Positions 1 to 8,666 of a DNA stretch of 20,000 nucleotides are shown here, piece after piece. This stretch comes from Plasmodiophora brassicae. Lineage: Eukaryota. Location: positions 605,472 to 625,471 of the forward strand of contig CP145428.1 of assembly GCA_036867785.1 (NCBI GenBank), in the 5' to 3' direction. The translations under genes and the position numbers were made by a program. The stretch's first letter is position 1; the number at the start of each line of letters is the position of its first letter. The notes under the pieces were generated by a model that saw nothing but the letters and a program-made list of their open reading frames with translations, was not told the origin of the DNA and ran no database searches.

Positions 1-16
1 GGTTCCCTCTGCATAG

Positions 17-712
17 CACGCGCACGAATCTGAACCTGGTGGAGGACCCGACCGATCCTCTCAAATGGCACCTTCAAAGATACGTCGTCATGTGCTCGTC
101 GTCCTCCATGACGATTTTCACCGATGTGCTTCTTGCCTACAAGGTACGCGTCGGATATAACAGCGCAACCTCGTCAACCTGACCATGTCTGTAGGCCCTT
201 GTGATCGTTGCCAGTGCGTTTCTGGCGTTCAAGACGTCGCACGTGCAGATCCCGGCTATGAACGACTCGAAACAGATCGGCCTGGCGATTTACACCTCCG
301 GGTGGGCATGGCTGGCTGAACGTACAGGGACCAGATTGCTGACAATTGCCGCGCTAGGTTGATTTCGGTCATTGTGCTGCCTACGTTAGATCTCGTTGAT
401 GTCGGCAAACCCGATGCTGCCCTAGTTGTGTCATCGATGGCCATCTGGGCGTGTGCATCGTCGATTTTGACGATCGTGTTCCTCCCCAAAGTGTACAACG
501 TGACGACCGGTGCTCACAGCAATCTGACGGCGACGAATTCGGTTCGTCATATTCGCACGCCCGGGGATATCGCCGGCGGGTTCAAGACCATCGACAAGAA
601 TAAGACGTCGACGACACCGACCCAGTCGACCGGGAAAAACGCCGACTCGACTCGTAAACCGACCGAGTCGGGCGCTCCAGCTCAGCATGGCCTGTTCTTC
701 GAACCGAAGTGA
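17..712 (+). CDS. Class C (GABA-B-like, 7tm_3) G-protein-coupled receptor, 3' part; exons 17-143, 195-301, 358-712 (5' end lies upstream of the window)
   Basis: GT-AG introns 144-194 (51 nt) and 302-357 (56 nt) join in phase to give ...DVLLAYK|ALVIVASAFLAFKTSHVQIPAMNDSKQIGLAIYTSG|LISVIVLP...ILTIVFLPKVY. This matches GABA-B-type TM5-TM7 motifs (YK...FLAxxTxxVxIPAxNDSKxIG, FxPK). Stop TGA at 710-712; upstream acceptor AG at 15-16. Confidence 0.88.
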
Positions 713-749
713 TATGACCGGATGGGCCTCCTAATGCGAATACTATCAT

Positions 750-3007
750 TTAATAGCGAGATATTAACGAGCCCTTAGCAACGTTTGCATAGCATCGGAC
801 AGCCGCAATGTTCCGCTCACTCTGCTGGAGGCTGCGGTAGAACAGCAGTCGGTAGACGCGTTTGCTGAGCAGGCCGGCGACGTGCGCGTCGGAATACCGC
901 TTCACGTGTCTTGTGCCGCAAAAGGCCCAGCCAGCACGTGCCTGCTTCACCCAGGACACGTAATGACCTTCGTCGTGTCTAGCGACGTGGGCATTACCCC
1001 AGCGGTCGACAAGGCCGACCAGCTGGAGATGTGCACCTCCGACTTGGAGACCGCATGAGGCACCACATCCTGCACAAAGGAGAACTAAGATATTCCAAGG
1101 TATCTATCCATCATCGTTGTCGGTCCTGCACCTACCACCGCTGCCTTGCGCCGCGCCGCGCCGTACTGACCATCTGACCATCGAGACCTGGCTACTGGAC
1201 GGTTACGATGGGATCTTGCCGCACCAGCACCACTCGGCCTTGCTCGACCTTGCCCTTCAACTGGCGAACCGTCGTGCTGCGGCGCTCCACGTCTGGCCCG
1301 CGATTGCACGGCCGTTCGGAGGTGCACCTCCTGGCGACCGTCGTAGTGTGCTCTACCAGTAACGCGTCGGCAAGGATCGTCCGGCCGCGCGAACCACCCA
1401 CCATGACAACGGGGACGTCGCAGGGCGGGCGACTAATAATTGCACGGCCGGAGGTCGCGCACGTGTGACCTGCTCGACGAACCTGACGATCGCTCGATGC
1501 ATCGGTTGACCATTGGCCCAGATGACCGCATACGCCTGCATCAGCCGTAACAACTCCAATACGAAATCATCCGCGTCATGCTGTTTCCCGGCATCGAACG
1601 AACTCGTCGCCAGGTCAGTCTGGCTGATGACCTTGACGAGCTCAACCAACGTATCGGACGCCTCGTGCTGATACAGACGCGGGTTCATCATCTTATCGTA
1701 CAGGACAATCCAGGGCGCGAGGCCAGAGACACGTTCCCAGTCGGGCAATATTGCACGGACGATCTGCATCGGTGCAATGGCGTAGCAAACCGAACGGCAA
1801 ACGCCTGCCGCATCATTGTTCGATATGCCCCCTGGCAGTAACGTTCCAGCGTCACGCTCCTAAATGTCAATGTCAGCGTCGACTATGACAATTACAGTGC
1901 AGGATGTTGCGCTTCTTCGATCGGTTCGCGGTTGACGTCTTGGGCGGGCCGGCTCGCACGTTCTCCAGGAGTACGTTCAGATGCCTGCCGTCAATGCGCG
2001 CGTGTTAGATGTTAACTTCGCCTGAGTACCGGCGACGTCAGTTTCGAACCAGTTTGGGCGCTTTGAAACAGTGGTTCGCAGGTCCAGCAACAACTTTGCT
2101 CGTCCCCTTGTTTCGTACCTACAGCGGGCGGACCGTCAGTAACGCAGTCGAGAGGGGTATAAGGAACGCCAACCGATGCGGACGGCATGCTGCGCTTGTT
2201 AGCAGGGTCCTTGCTCACAGTCGTCGACATAACCGGCGGGGCCTATGCAACGTCACGCCAGGTTCAGTCTGCATCCCGCTCGCCGCACTGTATAGCAACT
2301 GACCACAGGGCGTGTCGTCGTGCCACAAAGCTTTCGGCGCTTCGCACCCTGATGACTTCGTTTCGGCTATGGAACACATCCATCGTCAGGATACGTGTCT
2401 GCAAACGGCGTCTAACGCTGTCAACCTTGCTTTCTCACGAGGTTGCCTGGCACAGCACCCGTCGGCAGCAGCGTCGTCGTCAACGGCCTCGTCCTCGTCG
2501 TCCCGGTTGCCCTGGCGCTGGCGAATGGCGGCTACAAACGCGGCAACCATGTCGTCGACGATGGCGCGGAATCTCAACGACGCTTGCTTCGTCATTGTGT
2601 TTGGTCGGGAGTCCAGGAAGACCAGCTCGAGCGCGTGGACGACGTAGTCGTGTGCGTGCCTCGAGCTCAGGCCGATCTCGACGAGCGAGCGCCCCACAGC
2701 GCCGATCAGCGCCAGAGCGTGCTTGAACGGTTGCCAGTCGATTGGCCCGGCGCCCAACGACTGTAGCAGGTCGGCGACGACGATCATATGTTCGGCCGGG
2801 TGGCGGTCGGCGTCGTCTGGTCGGTCGCCGACACAGGTCAGCACGCCGGGGCCCAGCGCCCGCGCGTGATACACAACGATCGGCCATTTTCCGCCGTGGA
2901 CCAGTCGACGGGCGACGGCCACCCGTTCTGGACGCGTTTGACAGCGGTGTGGACCTGCGCCGACAGCGTCTGGTCCCCCTTCGACAGATCGACGACTGCA
3001 TCGACTG
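750..3007 (-). pseudogene. Degenerate paralogue of the 3' part of the giant Ulp1-USP gene (end of core domain, linker exons and USP domain)
   Basis: 835-3007 aligns colinearly with 9935-12307 (roughly 80% identity by eye). USP motifs are retained (VCYAIAPMQ, QHDADDF, GHYVSWVK, YRLLFYR). Frameshifts at ~1048, ~1150, ~1465 and ~2888, plus a ~210-bp deletion at ~2458 corresponding to ~11536-11745. Confidence 0.85.
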
Positions 3008-4003
3008 CCGTCGGTGGCGACCTGCGGACGCTGGCTTCCCTGGACGCGTATGCCACCTGTAATGCCGGGCTCGTCTCGAATGCCCAGTTGCTGATGTGGT
3101 GCCCAGGTTCCGATTCTCGTTCGGCAGATTGCTGAACGTAAAACGTGGCGGCCCGCGTACCCGGCAACGGGAAACGGGCGCGCCTCCTGCCGTCTAGCGG
3201 GTCGCCGCCCGAATGTACGCCGCTCGTGTCGTCGCGTCGTCGCCGCCGCTAGCGTTGCGCCGAGTCGTTGCAATCGTCGCTGGTGCACCTACGAGGATAT
3301 GCTGAGCGCGTTGCGGTCACGAGGCAGCCGTGGCAGCTGTACGAGGCGTCGTCGCCGGGAGACGGGACGCCGCCCAGACAAACGTCACTGACCTGCGACG
3401 TCAACTCGGTCTGCTTATCACGCTGACGCATGGCGAACTGGCCGGCAGCGTTCGCCAGATCGTCAGCGGGTGCTCGTCGATTCCCGGCGCTGGATCGGTG
3501 GCGAAACCCGACACGGTGAGCAACCAACCAAAGGTGCCGCGACGCACCCCTACTGAAGCGGATCTTTAGGCGCTTCGCGAGCGACGCCGCGCCCCCGCCG
3601 AACAAGTTCTACGAGGGCAGGGGAAACCGGATCGCCACGACAGAAACGACAGCCGGGTGTACTTTGCACGAATATAATAACGACGGCCCGGGTGCCTCCG
3701 CCAGATGTTTTCAATCAAGATCGACTTGCGCTGGATCGCATCAGTCGACGTTGATATTAGAGCGTGATCATTTGCCTCCAGCGCCACCCAAGCCGTCCTT
3801 GACGGGATCTTATTCAGAGAATCGCTGCACGCCACCTGACCGCCCCTCCTCTTCCCATACCTGATTCTCTGGCCTATACCGATGATAACGGTGTCGTTCG
3901 AAACGATCTACCTATACGACCTCGTCGACAAGGGGCCGGGGATTTTGCGTTTATCACTGGTGCCGGAACTTTAGAAATTAAGCAACATTCGTGCAGATTC
4001 GTT

Positions 4004-5866
4004 TCACTTGCGCCTGGACTTGACAGGGTTGCCAACGACTTCTGGCCTGCGCTGGCGTTTGCGCCCAGTGTTAATGGGCAGCCGAAGCTTCATAACGCAT
4101 CGTCGCAAATAACGTGCCACACGGTTGATGCCTGCAGAGCCTTCGTCGACGTCGTCAACGACGCCTTGTTCTTTTAATATGCGCTTGACAATGCGGTCTT
4201 CCGCGGCTTTGAAGAAGCGATAACAGTTGGCTTGCCACCCACTGAAACCGTCGCTGCTCACAGGCTTCGGTGGCAACGACATTCCGGGCGGTTCCCACTC
4301 AGCTGTAGTGTACTGACGGACCCAGAACAGCGCATCGTAGATGGTATTCGCGTCGTTCCGTGTGAGACCTTGCCAATCCCATAGATCGGGGTCTTCTAGG
4401 GAGCGCGTAAGCGCGATCGTCGCGGCCCAAGCGGACGACATTACGCGAGGCAATGATGGGGCAGGCGCCATTGCCGACATGGGCCATGGAATGGTGTCCG
4501 CAATGTCGTCCGACCACGTAATCTTGCTCGGCGGAACAAGACCCAGCTGCGTCGCCAGTCTCTTTAGAGCCCGAGCATGACGGCACACGCGTCCAAGACC
4601 CTGGGCGACGCCCTTAGGGTTGTCTCGCTTCTCTAGAATGGCGTTGACGACGATGTCTTCAGCTGCTTGGAAGAAACGATGACAGCTGGCCTGCCAGCCT
4701 CTCATGGCACCCGGGTTAGTAGGTTTGGGCGGCAGCTCCATGTTGTCCGGTTTAAAGGTCATGAGGTAGTGGTTCTCCCAGAACAGGGCAGTATAGAAGT
4801 TATGTCTTGGCGATGAGTAGAGATGTTCCCGGTTCCAACACGAAATCTTGTCTAGAGCACGGGTATGCGCTATCGTTGCGGCCCAGGCGGATGACATTTC
4901 AGAAGGCAACGATGGGGCAGGCTTCACTTCCGATTCACTGGGCCAAGGGATGGCGGCGGCGATATCCGCTTCAGCAGTGCACGAGATGTCAGCACACCCG
5001 ACAACATTCAGCTCTCGATGGTTCGCCAGCGGAGACCTTCCGCTCCCCGCACTCGTGGTACTTGTCGGAGAAGGAATCGCGTTAGACGCTTCGCCGCTGG
5101 ATGCGTCAACAGTCTGCCGTCGATGACTTGCGACAGAACGACGACTGCCAGACGCTGAGGTATTTGGTGAGAGCTGACTCGAAATAGAAAGTGACTGATG
5201 TCTCCCAGGCTCCACATGGGCGGTATCCATCCTCTGCTGAACGTTACCCGTCCCACAATCAACTCGTCTACAGACCTCGTCAACGACTTGTTCGAGACGG
5301 ATGTTCCGGAAGCATAAATCCCCGTTGTCGAGAGCCAGCAACATTCCCAATTGTTCAATCGTGAACGGACGCTTGAACGCTGTCATGGAACGCGACCGTC
5401 CATCATGACAGATCCATATGGGCTGCCGCAGCGCAGATCCGATCCATGGACGAATCCTCGTTGGGACCTCACCGTCTACGATGCTTTGAGCAAGCGATTC
5501 GGGATTATTGGCGATGTCCATCAAATCCAGGTTCACGAATGCGAACGCGAGGCTTGTGGGGATCGTCAGGCGTTGGTAGTGGGGTGACATCAAACTGTCC
5601 GTATTGCCACAGGATGCGACGACGCGATCTTGGTCATATGTATACCCATCCGCCAGTGTCACCATCTTGTTCGTCACCCGCCCCGCCAAAGGACACGCGA
5701 ACCATGACGTCAAACCAAGAGCGGGTAGCGCGGCGTTGGTACGGTCGACCTCTTCCGACGTCATCCTTGACGGCATCTCCTCATATTCCGTCGGATAGAC
5801 TTGAAGATCAACGGCCAGCGCGCAACTCGTCGCGCATGTGAACAGGAACACCGCGAGGGCAGGCAT
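4004..5866 (-). CDS. Candidate secreted effector: signal peptide, two U-box-like domains, Ser-rich linker, two 153-aa tandem repeats, C-terminal bipartite NLS (620 aa)
   Basis: Long intronless ORF. N-terminus MPALAVFLFTCATSCALA is signal-peptide-like. FACPLAGRVTNKMVTLADGYTYDQDRV...SP...NLDL resembles the U-box consensus FxCPI...M.DPV...G.TYER..I. A second, degenerate unit is PWIGSALRQPIWICHDGRS...FRNIRLEQVVDE. The repeats DIAAAIPWP.../DIADTIPWP... are 459 nt apart. C-terminus RKRQRR...KSRRK. Confidence 0.8.
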   Translation of the reverse strand: MPALAVFLFTCATSCALAVDLQVYPTEYEEMPSRMTSEEVDRTNAALPALGLTSWFACPLAGRVTNKMVTLADGYTYDQDRVVASCGNTDSLMSPHYQRLTIPTSLAFAFVNLDLMDIANNPESLAQSIVDGEVPTRIRPWIGSALRQPIWICHDGRSRSMTAFKRPFTIEQLGMLLALDNGDLCFRNIRLEQVVDEVCRRVDCGTGNVQQRMDTAHVEPGRHQSLSISSQLSPNTSASGSRRSVASHRRQTVDASSGEASNAIPSPTSTTSAGSGRSPLANHRELNVVGCADISCTAEADIAAAIPWPSESEVKPAPSLPSEMSSAWAATIAHTRALDKISCWNREHLYSSPRHNFYTALFWENHYLMTFKPDNMELPPKPTNPGAMRGWQASCHRFFQAAEDIVVNAILEKRDNPKGVAQGLGRVCRHARALKRLATQLGLVPPSKITWSDDIADTIPWPMSAMAPAPSLPRVMSSAWAATIALTRSLEDPDLWDWQGLTRNDANTIYDALFWVRQYTTAEWEPPGMSLPPKPVSSDGFSGWQANCYRFFKAAEDRIVKRILKEQGVVDDVDEGSAGINRVARYLRRCVMKLRLPINTGRKRQRRPEVVGNPVKSRRK

Positions 5867-5964
5867 CGCTGGTCACCAGATTTCGAAGGTAGCTCCAACG
5901 GCAGCCGACGTGTCACGGCGGGCAGCCACGGGTGCCAGAGAGTCGCCCGCAAAACTCCGCAGAC

Positions 5965-5973
5965 GTATTTATA
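5965..5973 (-). promoter_or_regulatory. TATA-like box (TATAAATAC) upstream of the U-box gene
   Basis: AT-rich TATAAATAC on the minus strand ~100 nt upstream of ATG 5866, in otherwise GC-rich DNA. An exact inverted copy lies at 8511-8519. Confidence 0.35.
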
Positions 5974-6002
5974 GGCCGATGGTAAAGTTTCATTACTGGT
6001 CG

Positions 6003-6057
6003 TGGTAGGATGGTAGGAGGGTCACAAAAAATGCGCGCACTGCGCACTTTTGTGACC
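6003..6057. repeat. 2x TGGTAGGA followed by a 38-bp imperfect palindrome (GGTCACAAAA...TTTTGTGACC, 6020-6057)
   Basis: TGGTAGGA at 6003-6010 and 6011-6018. Perfect 10-bp inverted arms at 6020-6029/6048-6057, with inner TGCGC/GCGCA pairing. Confidence 0.85.
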
Positions 6058-6148
6058 GCTAAGGCCTATGTACTTAGCCGGGCGGTGCAAGCAAACCGAC
6101 GCATTGCCAGCTGGGAACGCAGGTAGGCCCGGAACGAATCGTTCCAAT

Positions 6149-8326
6149 TTATTGGGCCGGCTCCACACAACCGCACCCCTTCGAAAACCGGGAGTGTGAG
6201 AAGTTGGCCCCCCACTTGTCGACGAACTCGGGCAACGACGAGGCGCAATGTTCGCGGTAGCACCGCAGTACTGGCGTCGCGACCTGATTGACGAACGTGC
6301 GGGCACGCTCGGTCAGGTCTTTCTTGCTGGCCGGCAGCGACGCCTCGATGGATAGAAGCAGCACAATCTTCTCCGACGAAGTCGAAAGCTTGGCCAGCTG
6401 TGAACGCCCAGGAAGATCGACATTACCGCCTCGCCTCGCGCGCCCCCGGTTGTCATCGTTCGGATCAGGTTGCGGCAGCGGCGGCGGAGGTGACAATGAC
6501 GACGCCATCGGCGGTTGGACTGGGGGCGGGGCCGGTGGCTGCTGGATGGCTGGCTGAGATTCCGAATTGTTGAGTCGTTGGAGAACGACCTGGTTAACCA
6601 GCGACATCATCGTCTGTGCCAGCTGGGGCACATGCGTTTGAAGCAGTTGTTCCAATTGTTGAAACGCCGGCGTCTCAGGGATATCGCGCTCTGCCAGAGA
6701 GATGAGCTGCATCAGGGACACGGACGCCGGATCGACCCGGAGCTGTGTCGCGACGTACGTCGATGCCAACCCGGGTATCGAGCTCGACTGCGGCGGGCAC
6801 CTGCTATCGAGAGCGATCCGCCGAGCGTTGCGCAGGTTCTCCAGGAAGATCGGCTCCCACTTGGGCGTCAACGCCAGCACGTGGCTGTTCGTCCTGCGCG
6901 CCCGGGCCAGCAGAGCTTTCGAATCGCGGTAATACAATTCCGCGTTCTTGAGCGTCTTGTGGCGCGCCGCTTGCCTGATGTGATCGAGGTCGCCACCACC
7001 CCAGATGGCGAACAGGTACGCCGTCTTGCGGATCGAGTGCGGGCCGTACCGGTGCATCGTGTCGTCGCCGACGACAGGCCTGCAAACACGAACGAACTCG
7101 GCGTTGAACTCGTCGTAGGACAATCCATCCGGGAACGATTCGAACGAAGCGGCGCCTCGGTCGATCGCGTCAAGGTGTTGCTTCGTGCCGAAGACCAACC
7201 CGGACTTGATGCGTGTCCGAGACACCAGCGTGAACAACGCCCGGATGGGGCATAGCTTCGGGTGCGAATCAAGCCGGTACAAGACCAGATTGACGGGACC
7301 CTCGGCCTTGGCCCTCTCCGACTTGCCGCAGACCTGCACGACGAGCTGATCGACGCGGTCCAGGTCGTCCTTGGCCGTCATCTCGAGCAAGAAATCTTCA
7401 AGCGCGATGTCGACGATCTCGTCGGCCCGCAGGAACAGGTGGACGCCCAGCAGGATCGACACCCAGGTGGAATAGTCTCGGAGGGAGCCAGTCGCAACGA
7501 GCTGCCGCCTGATCTCCAGCACCTGGTCAGGCAGCAGAGCGAAGTTACCCTCTGCCTTGTACCCCTGCGTCTCGCGTTTCACCCATTGCTTGGTGTCGAC
7601 CGCAACTTGACTCAGCACAGGATTGCCGCGCCGCCACAGACGTGGCTGTCCGACGTGATGAAAGCAGCCGAAAGACTGATTCGATCTCGAGAACGTCGCC
7701 CAGCATGTGTCGCAAGAATCATCATGCTGTCCAACATGCAGGCCGCAGGCACTCGCTTGACGCGCCGCCTGGAACGCGTCCCAGCAGGCGTTGCACGCGT
7801 CTTCAAAGTTGCCACGTTGATCGCGCGCCGCATGCACCGCCGTAACGGCCGACTCGAACTGCTCCACGTTGCCAGGGCCATTCCACCCGCCTTGGCAGAC
7901 GACAGGCTGCCCACGCCGATCCAGGACGGGCACGCCCGAGGCATCGACAAGCGGCGTCCCCTGGACGCCCCTCTTGAACCGAACAAAGTTCGATAAGGTC
8001 TTCGCACTCATTGACGGGCAGTGGTCAGATGGCGCATCGTCCTGCAGGACAAGCAGGCTGTCGTAGTCACCGACCAGGCAACAGTAGTACCTTAGTCCAC
8101 GTATGTGCTTGCCGTAGGCATGCACCGAGTTCTTGGCCAGGGGCTTGCTCCCGGTGACAGGGCGGCTCGCTCCTTCCGACACGCGAAGGCGGCGACGAAC
8201 CAGGCCCAAACCGACAACGGCGTCCGCCCATAACTCGGCGGGGACATGGTACTTGGCCCGGTTGCTGACACGGAACTGGGCCGCTGTGCGCGTTCGTTGC
8301 CCTCCAGACGATCGTGATCGACCCAT
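6149..8326 (-). CDS. Tyrosine recombinase (Crypton-like), ~725 aa from ATG 8326; the open frame extends to 8485
   Basis: Full catalytic set in order: FLRADE (R), GKSERAK (K), HSIRKTA (HxxR), AARHK (H), AELYYRD (Y). Upstream GNPVLSQV motif, a Pro-rich linker and a Cys/His-containing C-terminal domain. No stops or frameshifts. Confidence 0.9.
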   Translation of the reverse strand: MGRSRSSGGQRTRTAAQFRVSNRAKYHVPAELWADAVVGLGLVRRRLRVSEGASRPVTGSKPLAKNSVHAYGKHIRGLRYYCCLVGDYDSLLVLQDDAPSDHCPSMSAKTLSNFVRFKRGVQGTPLVDASGVPVLDRRGQPVVCQGGWNGPGNVEQFESAVTAVHAARDQRGNFEDACNACWDAFQAARQASACGLHVGQHDDSCDTCWATFSRSNQSFGCFHHVGQPRLWRRGNPVLSQVAVDTKQWVKRETQGYKAEGNFALLPDQVLEIRRQLVATGSLRDYSTWVSILLGVHLFLRADEIVDIALEDFLLEMTAKDDLDRVDQLVVQVCGKSERAKAEGPVNLVLYRLDSHPKLCPIRALFTLVSRTRIKSGLVFGTKQHLDAIDRGAASFESFPDGLSYDEFNAEFVRVCRPVVGDDTMHRYGPHSIRKTAYLFAIWGGGDLDHIRQAARHKTLKNAELYYRDSKALLARARRTNSHVLALTPKWEPIFLENLRNARRIALDSRCPPQSSSIPGLASTYVATQLRVDPASVSLMQLISLAERDIPETPAFQQLEQLLQTHVPQLAQTMMSLVNQVVLQRLNNSESQPAIQQPPAPPPVQPPMASSLSPPPPLPQPDPNDDNRGRARRGGNVDLPGRSQLAKLSTSSEKIVLLLSIEASLPASKKDLTERARTFVNQVATPVLRCYREHCASSLPEFVDKWGANFSHSRFSKGCGCVEPAQ

Positions 8327-8415
8327 GACGTCGTCGACAATGCGGTGTGGAAACCTGCGTGGGGATGCGTGCGGCGGTGCGCTTGGTTGTACCGGGAGGG
8401 GGTGGCGGCGCCGTC

Positions 8416-8476
8416 TGGTAGGATCCGTGGGTGCGGTAGGATCCGTGGTAGGACCCTGGTAGGACCGTTGGTAGGG
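8416..8476. repeat. Five copies of a (T/C)GGTAGG(A/G) motif upstream of the recombinase ATG
   Basis: Copies at 8416, 8434, 8446, 8457 and 8469. CGTGGTAGGA at 8444-8453 is identical to 6001-6010. Confidence 0.85.
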
Positions 8477-8666
8477 ACGATACACGGCGTATTTTGAGGT
8501 AGTATATAGTTATAAATACAGGATGATATGACAGGTGTATCCCTTGTCTTGGTTACGCAAAAAACTCCTGAGACCTCCCAAAAAAAGCCGCGTTGTTTTT
8601 TGCTGGCGGCCCCGGTGGCGTGCGGCGGTGCGGCGTGCGGTCGCCTGGGCGGATGCGCTATACACC

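Larger units (their letters stand above)
5951..8602 (-). mobile_element. Putative Crypton-like tyrosine-recombinase DNA transposon (minimal extent; true ends uncertain)
   Basis: YR gene with no RT/RNaseH and no long TIR/LTR. Both flanks share AAAACTCCnnAGAC (5951-5964 and 8561-8574), TGGTAGGA multimers and A-tract palindromes. Confidence 0.55.

Noticed and set aside
6515-7996. Plus-strand ORFs of 246 and 244 aa, and similar antisense ORFs within 11640-17730
   Set aside because: Antisense shadows of the real minus-strand genes, expected in GC-rich coding DNA; no motifs.
6149-8485. Prophage integrase or DIRS retrotransposon
   Set aside because: No phage genes, spliceosomal introns nearby, and no gag, RT or RNaseH ORF or split LTRs seen.
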